The notes below the pieces were generated by a model. The model searched no databases. It had not been told where the DNA came from and was given only the letters and a program-made list of their open reading frames with translations. From Ginglymostoma cirratum (lineage: Eukaryota), in assembly GCA_024137785.1 (NCBI GenBank), contig JAHRHZ010000108.1:4815505-4879504 (forward strand): 64,000 nucleotides of DNA, in the 5' to 3' direction. The first letter of the stretch is position 1, and the number at the start of each line of letters is the position of its first letter. Shown one piece after another: positions 38,871 through 52,444 of this stretch. The translations under genes were made by a program, and so were the position numbers.

Positions 38871-41139
38871 TAACATTTGAAGATAGGAACTATCCCTGTG
38901 AAATGTACCTGTTATTATTTATATCGCACACAACTCCTGCAAGGGACTCTGCCTTTTAATATAGGACACAACTTACAAATCTCATAAAGTATAAGCAATA
39001 CTCCATCTTCACTCACTTCAGTCCGTCCCATTGAATTTCCTATTGTTTCGGCCACTCTGACTCAGATTTAGTCATCAGCCTAAAGCGTACTATCGATCAA
39101 CAAAGATTTGCAACCAACACTTTCCGAGTCATGAAGGAAAATGTTTGTTGATTTGTTTCTTTGTTTTCTATGTTAATTCATTCATCCATTAGTGGCAAGT
39201 ATTATTATAAAGAGCAGCACCACTTTACTGTCCCTAATTTCAATCCACAAGCCTAATGTCTAGTTGCATCCAGTGTTTGGATGACCCTGTTAGAAAATCA
39301 TATTTGCATGCACGTCCCTGGAAGTATGTTTTATTCATTCATCTATATGGCCTGCCCTTCATTTACATCTCACAATTAATAAATCCCTGCCCTGTCTCTG
39401 CGCCTCCCAGCTCCAAGACTCATCCTCACCAAGTGAGTCTTTTATAAGAAAACTGGTTCTAGTTCATATACTTTCTGAAGTTCGTTAGCTGTCCTGTCCT
39501 GAAAACAGATATATTTCTATTTTCAACTCGTTTAAAAAACAAAGATGTTTTCATCAGTCTGTCCATTATGAGGCCCTAGACATGGATTCTGCAAGCAGTC
39601 ATTTGAGACTCAATGTACAGTGATTGCAAATGCCTCAGCAGTGCCACGTATAAAATGGATATTTAGCCTCAGAGGGGCAATAATCATATCGTGACAAAGC
39701 CTGGATCAGTAGACCCTAAACCTTCAGTCCCTAATAAGGTTACATGAATAATATGATGCACGCATGAGCTCCAAACGTTCTGGTCTATTCCAGGTGCTTA
39801 ATTATGATCCAGCAATGCAACCATCTGGCGAGGTGAAATCAGAAGACGTATCTGACCTACTCTGCGATCATCACCCATACATCCTTTACTTTGCAAATCA
39901 AACTCATCCTTCCACAACTCGCTAAGAAGAACCATAAATCTGACACTGAAACTGAACCAGCTGGAGGAGAAAATAAAGGGCATTTTCAGTGAGTCCAGGG
40001 TCAATTACTTCTCTGTTATGTGGCACTGTAGTGTCCCTCGTGCTTTTGTCAGTATTAATTTGTATAAGTAATGGTGTCAGCACTGTAAAGTAGATGTTAG
40101 CCATGTACTTACCGGTATTTCATCGCATTCCAACTCCTGACTAGCTTCCTATGCTCTCATCTGCATGACCATCTACTCGATGTCTCCTCAACCTTGAAGA
40201 GACGATATCTCTAACTAATTCCAGCCCTAAAAGCAGACTTCAAATTAAATCCCTGCTTCATAACTTCCTGAGCACCGTCAATGCTTATGTGGAACAGAAG
40301 GTTAACAAACAGTAAAGCAGAGCTCGGAACACGCTATAATAACCTGTGATCTTACTGAAAGCCTTAGAAGCCTCGAAGGGCCGCATGACCAAAACTTGCT
40401 CCAAGATCCACACACCAGGAAGTTTACATATGCTTCAAACCCTTTCCTGATCCTCTGTAACACTAGTTTTCAACTACTTCAAAGAAACGGTCAGATTAGA
40501 GAGATAACACAACACGAATAAAAACAATGGTTCTGCAAAGGCGATATTTCAAAAGGTTGAATGTAAAGCAGCCTTATTGACCAATGCCCTACAAATCAAC
40601 AATCAAATTTGATGAATCTTTGCAACCCACTTGGCTTCTTACTGTTGAAATTCAATGCTGACAGCTGTAGACATTCTGAGAATCGTTTAAACAATGCTTC
40701 AATTTGGGTGCAAATACTGCTGGAGCATGTTTTTGTTTAGTGATCACACTTCAGCTTCACTTCAACACTGAAAAGTGGAAGCATTATTAGGTTCCATATT
40801 TTCCAACGTAGAAGATGAGAATGAGACTTGCAACCTTTCTGAAACTTTTGAAATTCTCTTCCTGAAGAATCCTCCAGATTATTGAAGCAGAAGCTAAATC
40901 CAGAATGTACACAAGCGAACTACCACTGCAGGGATTCAACATATCTTTCAAATTTAGATTTCCATGGGCAAAGGGAAATAAACTTTGCTTCTAATTTTCC
41001 TAAAAGTTTTGCTGAGGTTTCCTTTTTCCGAATTCAGCTAAAATTCTGAATCATCAGATGGACCATATTAGACATTAACCTGTGAAAATAATTGACAAGT
41101 AACCATATGCTTCCTTCAAACTCTAGTTAAAATAATCTG

Positions 41140-42215
41140 GAAAATCGTTAACGTGACACCGTTGTTTAAAAAGGGAATAAGGCAAAAGACGGAAAGTTAC
41201 AGGCCCATTAGCCTAACCTCGGTCCTGGGTAAGATTTTGGAGTCCATTGTAAGGGATGAGGTTACTAAATATTTGGAAGTGTATGGTAAAATAGGGCAAA
41301 GTCAGCATGGTTTCATCAAGGGCGGGGGGGGGTCATGCCTGACAAATCTGCTAGAATTCTTTGTGGAAGTAACGAGCAGGGTGGACCAAGGAGAGCCAAT
41401 GGATGTTACCAAAGAAGACCTTTGACAAGGTGCCGCACAGGAGGCTGCTGAGTAAGATAAGGGTCCATGGTGTTAGAGGGTAGGTGCTAGTATGGATAGG
41501 AGATTGGCTGTCTGGTGGAAAGGAGAGAGTAGGGATAAAACAGTCTTTCTCAGGATTGCAGCCAATGACAGCTGGTGTTCAGCCAGGGTCAAGGATAAAA
41601 GCAGGGATGTACTACTGAGGCCTTATAAGGCTCTGGTCAGGCCACACATGCAGTATCGTTTGCAGGTTTGGGCCCCATTCAGGAAGAATGTACTGGCCCT
41701 GGCGCAGGCTCAGAGGAGGTACACAAGAATGGTCCCAGGAATGAAAAGCTTAACATATGAGGAACACTTGAGGACTCTGGGACTATACTCATTGAAGTTT
41801 AGAAGGATGAGCGGGGTCTAATTCAAACTTGTAGGATACTGGATAGCCTGGACAGAGTGGGTGTTAGGAAGGTGCTTCCATTTGTAGGAAACACTCGTAC
41901 CCGAGGATCCTAAGGCACAGCCTTGAGTAAAGGGAAGATCTTTTAGATTGGAGATAAGGAGAAATTTCTTCAGCGACAGAGAGGTGAATCTATGGAAATA
42001 ACTACCAGAGAAGGCTGTGGAGGCTAGGTCATTGAGCACATTTAAGACTGAGATCGATAGGTTCTTGATCATCAAGGGAATCTAGGGTTACGGGTATAAA
42101 GTGGGAGAATAGGGCTGAGGAACTCTTCAGCCATGATTGAATGATGGAGCAGACTCGAGGGGCCGAATGGCCTATTTTCTGCTCCTATGCCCTATGGTCT
42201 TATGGTCTTATGATC
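41140..42215 (+). mobile_element. CR1 LINE, decayed with internal deletions
   Basis: TPLFKKG..QK.ESYRPISLTSVLGKILESI...QHGF.KG.SCLTNLLEFF and YKALVRPH. Ends in a (TATGGTCT)n tail. Confidence 0.9.
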
Positions 42216-42822
42216 TAATCAATAAAATTTCTCTTTTAATTCAAAAGATTTCTAAACAGGACAATGTTCACCATTTCTGTTGACAGTCCATGAATATAGA
42301 CATTTATTCCTAACAGGAGTATCTTCGTTTTGAATCCTCCAACACATCCTTTTATATGAGCGACACTTGTCATACTTTACTCCTATTGATTATTCTACTG
42401 TTTGATCTCGAGTTAATATGATTGTTTCGACTTCATCTCTCCATTCTGTTTCTGCATTTCTCAGGTAAACGTGATATTATTTGGTTATTTAAAAGTAAGC
42501 TCAAGCACAAACTATGTTTAATGTCAGTGGAATTTCAATGTTTTCTGCTATTAATTCCCACTCTCAGAACAAAAACTATTTTCTAGCCGTAATTTACATT
42601 TAAAAATGCTAAATGTGTCTCATATTCTGACTTTCTTTTCCTATTGTTATGTTTAATTTACTTGTATTTTTTGCCTAATCATCTATGCTGTCATAAATTT
42701 GCCGAAATTTGTACTTACTTGCTTTTAATATAATGCCATCCTTCCAGTCCTTACTTTGCCACTAATGATACATTTGCTTATCGAACTTACCTATCTAATG
42801 GAATTGATACTCATTGAAAAAG

Positions 42823-43448
42823 TTGTCATTGCGAACAAAGAACATTTATCACACCTGAACCAACATAACCCTTTATGAATTGAAGTGTACACATTGCATT
42901 TTCTTGCAGCTTACCATTGAGATATCAAATGCAGCCTATTTATTCTCTACAGTCTTGTTATGTAACCTTTTTTTCAAGTAACACTGCAAGTGCATTCATG
43001 TATGTTAAGTAAGCTTTATTTACGATTACAAGATGAGTTATTAAAACAAGGCTACGGGATCACTTGGAATGAGATATTGAATTCATCCCGTTTTATTGTG
43101 CATTACATTGATGATAGAATGTTGATGTGTTGTTTTCTTGTATCTATGTTTAAGGAAAGTGTACTGAATACACTTGTCCAAAATTGATGGATATTTTGGC
43201 GGTATATTTTCCACAAATCAGCATTATGGCTTAACTTCTAATCGATTCTAATGTGCAGCTGTTTTCATATAACACCCACACAATTGTTATCTTTTCTTTG
43301 CTGCTGCTTAGCTTTTGGGGAAGAATAAAAAGCTCATTCATTTTGTCATTGCGAACAAAGAACATTTATCACGCCTGCACCAATATAATCCTTAATGAAT
43401 TGACGTGCACACATTGCATTTTACTGCAGCGTACCAGTGAAATATCAA
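42823..43448 (+). repeat. Local ~106-bp direct duplication (42823-42928 and 43343-43448)
   Basis: Both copies begin TTGTCATTGCGAACAAAGAACATTTATCAC and remain colinear with scattered substitutions. Confidence 0.85.
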
Positions 43449-43934
43449 GCAACCAAGAATATGCAGATCCCAGGCATAGGTGCTTTGCAAACATTAACTA
43501 TCATAGTTAATGCATCACATCAACTTACTTGCATTTGGACTGCAACTTATCCGTCCTGTTATGATTCTACATGGAAAAAAGTAATCATTATCCCTTTCTA
43601 TTTTAACAAATTTCTGTACCCTAACATTACTTACAAATGCATATTAAGGATTACCTTTCTGCTGAAGAGTTAGAATTAGCAAGACAAGTCCTGCTATTTT
43701 ATCTCAGCATCCTGCCTTGAATACCATAGTAGAGAAGGAAAGAAAAGTGTTTTCAATTGAAATGATTCTAAAATGGCAAGGTGGTTATGAATGATGCAAC
43801 CTTGGGATTAGGAAACAGGGAGTGATACAATTGTATTACAGAGAGAAGTAATTTGGCAAAGCGCATTTCTTTGAACTAAAAGTAGTGATTCGTTGATAAT
43901 AGTGATATTTGAACTGTTGTAAACAACATGAAGA

Positions 43935-45175
43935 GGGAGCCGCCGCCATGTCCACCATCTTCCTCAAACAAGGATTCCATAACACTGTTATTGTCAGGAT
44001 GGTCAGCCGGGCCTGACCAATCTCCTACAAGTCAGCCTCACTCCTTATCTCCTCTCCTGCAACAGCGACAGGATCCCACTTGCTCTTAAATACCATTCAA
44101 CCAGTATCCAGAGGATTGTTAACTGCCATTTCTGCCACCTCCAGCGAGGTATCACCACTACGCGTATTTTCCCCTCACCTCCCTTATCATTTTTCCACAG
44201 GGATCCTTCCCTCCGGGAGATTTTCATCCACTCTTCGTTCACTCCCAATACTCCATCATAGTTTCCTGGCACCTTCCCCTCCAATCACGGAATAAAACAA
44301 CACCAGTTCGTTTACTTCCTCCCTGGTCAGTATCCAACGGCCAAACAAACCTTTTAGGTGAAGCAACGCATTATCTGCACTTCAAGCAATCTAGTCTACT
44401 GCTTCTTCTGCTCACAATGTTGTTTCCTCTACTGCTTCACAGAACACCTTTGTTCTTTCTGCAAGAAAGAACCTGCGCTTCCAGCTGCCCAGCACATTAA
44501 CACACCAAAGATAAAAGGTACTGCAGATGCTGGAGAATCCGAGATAACAAGCATGGGGCTGGATGAACACAGCAGGTCAAGCAGCATCATAGGAGCAGAA
44601 AAACTTGATACTATGATGCTGCTTGACCTGCTGTGTTCATCCAGCACCATGCTTGTTATCTCACATTAACACACCAATCTCTTCCCTGGTCAACATCTCT
44701 GCCTCAAGAATAATGCAGTGCTCCAGCGAAGCTCAGTGCAATCTGGAAGAACGGCCCTTAAATTTCCACGAGGGGACCCTGAAGTCCTCTGGACTCAAGT
44801 TAGAGTTCAATAACTTTAGTGGTTGAACTCTTCCATTTTCTACTCCCAACGCCAGCGCACCAGGCCTTGTTATCCCATAGTCAGCTATTGTACACAATCC
44901 ATTGTAAACTACTAACAGTCCCCATTAATAGTTATTCAACCTCCGAAACAGACCGTTATCCATTCCTTTGTCTGTCCAAACTTCCTGGCTCGTTGGAGTC
45001 TATCATTCACTCGTTTCACCGTCCCACTACCCTCTCTTCTGCATGTAAGCTGAAATTTTCCTAGCTACCATCATTTCTGAGGTAGGATCATTTGACCCAA
45101 AATATTAATTCTGGTTTCTCTCCTCAGATGCTGCCAAACCTGATGAGCATTCGAAACAATTCCTGTTGCTGGTTC
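43935..45175 (+). mobile_element. Penelope-like element 3' portion (RT thumb to GIY-YIG to pLTR), decayed
   Basis: KQRIICTSSNLVYC..CSQC..LY (GIY-YIG N-terminal part). Degenerate hammerhead end ctgaggtaggatcatttgacccaaaatattaa near 45077. Confidence 0.75.
44509..44661. mobile_element. Short fold-back pLTR-derived insertion with 16-bp TSD, nested in a Penelope element
   Basis: 52-bp inverted arms 44541-44592 and 44611-44662 (one mismatch). CACATTAACACACCAA occurs at 44493-44508 and 44662-44677. Confidence 0.85.
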
Positions 45176-45989
45176 TGGGTAGCTGATTCACAATAATTCT
45201 GTTTATTTCCCTTGAATTTGTTGCTGTTCCCGCAACCTCCATCAAAGCCGTTTCTCTCCTGACGAAAGCAATGCAAACTAGGTTGTGCTGCATCACCAAC
45301 AAGCCATACAGAGAATCAACAATTTAAACTAATGTTTTGGTGTATCACTCAGTTTTGGTAAACTACATTCTCTGACATCGTTTATCCTCCTTCAGACATC
45401 CAAGTTTGAATGTACTATTTCAGTTTTAAAATTTAAAACTCGAAAATTTTTTTTTAAATTTGAGACAAATCAAACAAATAGTTTTTAAGAATAAGTTATA
45501 TTTATTCTGACAAATGGGCAGGAATCTTCTATCATTAAAACTAAGCATTGCCAACTGCAAAAATGGCGCCTCACTCGTGCCCTGCTGCCTGTTGCCCCTA
45601 ATAAAAATGGCGGACTCGGACAGGCACAGGATTTGTGATGAAGCTGGTAGCCTTCGAGTCGTGTGGGGTAAACGTGAAATCAGGAGGTTCTTATTTGAGA
45701 TTTCTGCTTCCGCCAAAATGTTCAAGGAGAACACCTTTCCACTCTTTAGGTCTCTCGGCGCTTTCTTCCTGTCTCATTGGTGAACTAACCGCAAAGAAGC
45801 CAGTGGACCGTCACCGAGTCACTATTTATTTCCTCATGCAGTGTATACTGGCTGTCACCATCCAGTTCTGAGTCAGTCACCTGACCTGAGGAGATTCTAA
45901 AACCCCTGTTTCCACAGTAGTGCTCGTTCTCATCCACAGCATGTATTGTGAGTGTTTAAGTGCAGGGATTCAGTACAAACATAATTAAG

Positions 45990-48900
45990 GAAATTATTTT
46001 ATTCAATACTTCCACCATCATGAAAAAAATTCATGCAGGCAGGGAACACGTGACAAGAAAAATCCGATAGGGGCAACTCTTACATGAAAAAGAACTGAAG
46101 GGGGTGGAGTGGGGATCAAAACAAATTGAGTTGGAGGAGAAATAAATGACTCCACTCACTGCAGTGCAATCTTTAACATAATGGCGTCGAGAAAATTGGT
46201 AACATAATGGCGTCGAGAAAATTGGTAGGCACCATGTGCTACTTTTCCAAGAACATCCGGCCTCAAGCATAGTCGCAGGAGAGTGTCAGGCAGTTAGCCG
46301 AAAGGAACCCTACCAAGGCTTGGTTCTGTTTATAGCCAACTGACTAGGACCAGGAGCAGACCCATGAGGAGATCCTCTGATCCGCACATACTCTTCCGTC
46401 CCAGATGCCTGAAGATCAGGACTGTAGGGCTGAAGTGCAACTAAAAAAGGGCAAAAGATTCTTCAGTAATGAAGAAGGGAGTGGAAACACCCACAACTAA
46501 TGTACACGGGGTCTACGGGCTCTACAAATAAACAGTTGGGCTGGGAGTCCATGAACTAGCACAATCTGCAGTTATAGCAGACTGCTACATTCAACATGCA
46601 CCACATAAGATCTCTGAGGGAAAGAGGGAGGCCACCGGTATAGTGAGCACTCTTTTTGGGATCCCCACCACCCAGAGGTAAATAGACATGCTAAGTCGTG
46701 TCTGGGCGATTTATGAGGAAGAAGAGGTAAATGGTGTGCAGCAGTCTATAAATATCTGCTGTCCTACTTCCATAAAGGACATACAACATATATCTCGGAG
46801 GTGGCTCAAGTTATAGGACACAGGCGCCCATGGGCGGTACTGGCTAGTTGGGGCAATGTGAAATTACTTCCAGGCAGGGGCATGTGCTGACGGATTCCAA
46901 TGTACACCTGGTGCACGACATCGGGTCCAAACACTGACATTATAAGACGTTGAATGGCAGGGATTGGGAGCAGAATGTCTACCGCAGCCCAGCATGCCAA
47001 TTTCTGCAGCAGCATCCATACCAGGACTAGACACCCAGTACACCCCTGATTCTGCCACGGCCCTCCCTTCTGTCAGTCACCCAAACCAGCAATTGAGGAA
47101 GTTGGGAATTCATGAGCAACGGCTCTCTGACTCTAGCCACTTCTCCTGTTAGTTAGGCACGGGTAGACCAATTCCAGAAATAGATCAGGTACTGTTAAAA
47201 GACAGGCAACTTTCTGAGGATAACATGCAAACCCCCACGGTTGATGACCAGCAGCTGCGTGTTGTAAATGAGGCTACACACCTGACAGAAAAGATATATT
47301 GCCAGGGCTTACCACCTTTGCAGAGAGTCAACATGAAGGTATTGCTGAAAGCCACTGTCTGGGGGCGGACACACACCAGCGACAGACCACTCTTCTTAAC
47401 AGGGAGGCTCCAAAACAGTGCCGTGAACCAGGACAGCTTTATGATCCATAAGAAATGAAACAGCATCATCTAGATATCAGGGACCAATCCAGAAGGATGG
47501 AACAAAAGGACGAACCTGTACCACAGCATGAAGGCCATCAACGGTTCAGGACTTGACACCTGTAAGATAACACTTGGAGCAGTCATATCAGGGGACTAAG
47601 TGAGCCGAGTCTTTGGCCCCTGGTTCCTGTCAATTCGCTGGCCAGGATTTCTCAGTTAATGTAGGCCTCCACATCGAGCAGATTGACAGTACTCCAGCTG
47701 AACTCCCATAAATCCTCCAGCAGAATATCCATTACTCCCACCCCCCAACAGGACAACCAGGAGACTGAAACATCTGGCAAAGTTGATCTTTGTGGAAGGC
47801 ATTGCTGAGGATACTAATTGGCATTCACGTTCGTCCCCAGTTCAGCCTGGTCAGTGAATATGAGAAGCATGCTGTTGATGTAAGCTAAAAGAACCATGCC
47901 CGTGCACGGCCCACACAGAGCCAGTCCTAACAACTTCCTCTGCAAAAGATACAGGAAGGGCTCAATGCACAGAGAATACAGTTGACCAGACAAGGGGAAG
48001 CCCTGACACACATCTCTCCCGAAGGGAAGGGGAGTCGTCAGGAACTTTTAACTTCTCCAGAGACTCTGTGACAGTGTACAAAGATTGTATACGGGTGACA
48101 AACTGTGTCCCAAACACGAATGCTCTCAGATTCCCGAACAGATACTCGTGACAGACCCCATCAAATGCCTTCTCCTCTTCAAAGGACAGGAAGGCAATCA
48201 ACAGACCAGTTCTCTGACAAAGATGGATCAGTTCCTGGACGAGATGGACGTTGTCGTGATTCTTACAGCCAGCACAGCATGAGGCTGATCAGTGTGGGTC
48301 ATGTGGGCCAACATTGATGCTAGATGAGAAGAAAACATCCTGGCCAAAACTTTGCAATCAATGCTGACGAGGGAGACCGGAAACCAGTCTTTGAGAGAAC
48401 TAAAGTCCCCTTGCTTTTGCAGCAGCATGATATCAATCCTGCATCAAGAAATGGGATAGCTCTCTGGACAAGCAACATTTCACCAGAACCCGCACTTACT
48501 TGCACTCCCAAATCGTCCCAGAATTCTCTGAAGAACTGTGCGGTCAGCCCGTTCAGCCCTTGGGACTTTCACCTTGAGAGTCAGCTGGGGACTCTGGTCA
48601 GATGCTCTAAAATAACGGTAACGTCGACGTTCCCAAGGTCCTTTGAGCTGACTTGTGGCACATCTTCCCATAAAAGTCTATGAACATCCTCATTGAAAGC
48701 ATCCAGAGAGAACAAAGACATGCTGGTGCCCTACCTATCTGTGAAGCGGGACCCATAGTTGGCCAGCAGCGCAAGTAGCAGCTGAAGTGTGCCAAATCTT
48801 TTTCTCAACGAGTAGAAGGGGGAATCGCCGTTATTGTCCTCGGGGAGCCAAACCCTCGACCTCAGGTATGCATTCTGGAACCAGACAAATGCAGGTCTCT

Positions 48901-51830
48901 GGCCTTCTTCTCTTCATATGAATCCCCATCCCCACCCACCCACTCACACCCACCCCTCCCCCATCTCCGCTGGGCCAGGTCCACACCAGGCTGAAGGAGA
49001 GGTAACTCCAGGTGGAGCAACTCCTTCTGCAACTCCCTGAACCTAGATTTTCGTCTCATTATCTACCCCATCACGTACTATTGACAGAAGATGCTGCCAT
49101 GATGTCAAGATGTTGCCCAAGATCAACCATAGCCTCAAGTAGGGAAAGATCCTGCTTCCATTTTCAGCCAGTCCAGAACCAATGAAGCAACTGCTGGAAC
49201 AACTCCAGAAGCTGTTTGTTACTGTATTAACACAGAGAGTGAGTCCGGGGACCAAAATGAAGGAGCTCTGCCCACACAAGGTGATGGCCTGTGCATCGCA
49301 GCTGCTGCATGGAGGCCACTGCAAAGCAGGATGGTACACCCGTGAAATGTACATCAGTCGATCTTCGACACTCCGATCCCAGGCCTCACAATAGTGAAAA
49401 TAATGGTGTCTGGATGCATACTTTGTCAGACATACACCAGGTCGAAGAACTTGATTAAATCCTGCAACCTCCTCCCCAACGCCAAACTAAGCAGGACACC
49501 ACCGTCGTCCTATCCTCAAGCGTGCAGTTAAAATTCCTACAACTCCCCCCCTACCCCGAGGAGGGCACACTGGCCTTTGTTGATAGAAGTGAACTCAGTG
49601 AGCACGACTATATCGAATCTTGTTTACTTCAGCCCAAACAGACGGATGTATATGTTCACAAATCTTAGCACTGCATCCAACAGCTGCAAGGTCAGATGAA
49701 GCAAATGGCCTGGCAACAGATCCTTGACCCCTAAGAAGTCTGGCTGAAAGTCTGCGGCCAGCAAGATAGCCACCCCAAAAGAATTACAGGGAGAGGGTGT
49801 CTCACGTAAACCACTCCTTGCCAGGAGTCAGCTGGCTTCATCTTCCGAGATGGTGTGAGTTTATTGCAGGAAGAACACTGCATAATTCCCATCCCGAAGG
49901 ATGGCAGAGTTCTGGAATTTCCGTTGTGACTTCCTGTTGTCATTGATGTTGAAGCTGATGGTTATAATTGTTTTTATGACAGTAATATTGTGCAACCATC
50001 ACAATTACGGGGAGGAGTGAAGAAAGGCACACTATTCCCTTGCTTTGGCTCCAGATTCATTGAGGAGTGTCTTGCACAGGCGGCTGGCACCCCGGGCCAA
50101 ATTGGGTGCACTCTAAGCTGCCCAGGTGGGCAAAGAAAAACATATCGTATATCTTCCAGCGGCCCAGGGACAAACAGATTCTTTCACAATGACAAAGAGT
50201 AGCATAACAAAAGGGAGCTGTTCATTGAGGATGAGCGGGAGCTCGTTGGGGTGCACCAGAGAATCCAAAACCTCTCCGACGATAGCCTCTGAATCACCCG
50301 CAGCACCCACCAGACAACATTAGCTCACATCCAGGCAGTCTGGTTTGGCCAACGTCCCCTATCTCCCAGAGTGAGGGCTGGTCCAGAGCCGCTAGCTGGC
50401 TTCAACATTCTAGTGACAAACCCCGCTGAGCCACCAGCAGGAACCCTCATTGATGCACTTCATCGGGTGATATTGTGGGCCTGGGTTATCGGGTGCCAGA
50501 GAATCAGAGCTCCTCCTCTTTCTCAAAACCGGGATACTTGGAACCTGCTTAGGGCCAATACATCCGGGAAAACAGTCTTGGAGGGAGGTGTGAAGAAAAT
50601 ATCTTCTTCCTCTCCAACGCTCGAGGACAGAGCAAAATTTACATTTACAGTGTCTTCACAACGGCCTGTGCAGAGCTTCGGGTTTTCCCGGGTGGCCAGT
50701 GGAGCTGCAGCAGCGGTACGGCCCACTGAAACTCCCACGGCTTGGACTGGCGAGGCCACAGCAAGATCAGAGCAGGAGGCGCTCTCTGCTCACCCACGGG
50801 GGAGGAACTACACCTGAATTCGACAGCAGGAAAGTCCTACCCCTGCAGGGAGTGGTGCCTCATTGCAGTGTTCGTGGTGGTGGTGGTCTCCTTTCCAATG
50901 CCAGCCCTGGTCTTCTCGGAGCTTTCAGGCCCTCCCTCCAGCTTCTTGAGAAATACTATTGACTGGGCGAATCTTGGGGTGAGGCAAAGCTGAGGAAAGT
51001 CGCTAGTGTCATTTCTGGACGCACTTCTGACCTTCCAGAATCAGGTGAGAATGGGCTTGACAAGCCTTTGCCGCCGGCTTGGAATCTCCAACTGAACTAT
51101 TGTGGGACAGGGGTTTGGAGGGGATCTCACGAATTTAGGTAAGGTGGGGGGTGGGGGCACCACGGGATGGGAGGGCGGGTTCAGTAACATGGGGTGGAGA
51201 TGTCGAGCTTGGAATGTGGGACTGGGGTCGATGGTTCCAGATGTGGTCACATGTGCACTGTCATGCCAGGGTGAGACAAGCTGAGGTTAAGACTCGGCGT
51301 GAGGGATGATGGCAATGTGGCACAGCGGGACTTGTCCACGGTGGGGGCCTCAAGATGGTTCAGCTTCCTCCATGCTTTCTTTCCAGCATTAGGTCTACTT
51401 GCCCCTCCCTGCGAGAGGTAATAGTATCGGCCACCTCTGACTCAGCCCCCACGTCCAGTGCTCCGAGAACGGTTAGCAGGTGTGGCATTGCTACCAGTGG
51501 CCACTAGGGTGGCTTATCCGGGATTCATGGTGGGGCATTCCCTCCTCAAGTGCCCCATCTCTCTGCACAGGTGACACCATATTCCATCTGCAATCTCGAA
51601 GGTGTGGTAGGCCACACACTCACTGATCACAATAAAGATGCCTTCTCTCAATGCCTCCCAGGCCATATAAATAAACACCTGGCATCAGAATGAGTAAATG
51701 CACTTCTTACCGGGTCCGTCCATCACAGCATGATGGGTGAAAAAGCCTTCCAGATTCCCCCCAGCAACTGTAAATGGAATAGGAGGAGCCCGCTTGCTAT
51801 AAGGGTGGGACGTCAGAAATCATGGCCGTC
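45990..51830 (-). mobile_element. Tx1/L1-clade non-LTR retrotransposon, near full length, heavily decayed
   Basis: Minus-strand remnants: APE start ITISFNIN (~49965), LKDWFPVSLVSIDCKVLAR, LSFEEEKAFDGVCHEYLF and CQGFPLSGQLYSLCIEPF. A GC-richer, Pro-rich ORF1-like region spans 50000-51800, with AATAAA near 45995. Confidence 0.75.
46174..46227 (+). repeat. Perfect 26-bp tandem duplication
   Basis: TAACATAATGGCGTCGAGAAAATTGG occurs twice in tandem. Confidence 0.9.
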
Positions 51831-52444
51831 TCAGCTATGACCTCCAGATGGTAGATGGGCAGATAAATCCAATCCAGAGTGAACCTCCTGTCCATGTCGA
51901 ATAGTGAACAAATTATAACAATTACTAACAAACTGAACAATTCCCTCTTTACTAATAACTATTCCTGAACTTAATTAAATTCTGCTGTAATGCTGTTTCA
52001 ATAAACACAAATCCCACTTGTACAAACCCAAGTAGTAAGAAATTAAATAGTCTGTCAAAGTCTACGTGCCTTTCTTCTGCTGTTCTCAAGTCATCAACTC
52101 CTTCCTTCCGCTGATCCGGCTGTCAGGGATGTTTTCTCTGCGAAGTCTCCTGTGAGGACTCTCAGCGAGAATTGTCGATGTATCTTTTGTGGATAGATGC
52201 TGCTTTCTTAGAGAGCTTAACGATTTCAAGTGAGTGCTGGATTCATTTTTTTTAGACGGCGGTACGCTCTCACGCCAATTTTCAAAAACCCACTCTTTAT
52301 ATTCCTTGGATGACATTTCAATTTTATTCTCATGATATTGGTCTGAGGTTGTCAAAATCATCGGATTTAAATTTAATTGGCTTTCAATTGCTAGGTGCTT
52401 GGTTTAAATTGATTGGCTGATTCTAGCTACTTGACAAATATCAA

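Noticed and set aside
45140-45157. CTGATGAGCATTCGAAAC hammerhead-like core
   Set aside because: Stem II is only 1 bp, and the position corresponds to the decayed ctgctgag...ccagca part of the pLTR, so it is probably coincidental.
51870-52420. Possible solo LTR fragment (also ~11950-12600)
   Set aside because: Composition is suggestive only. No partner LTR, terminal motifs or TSD could be established.
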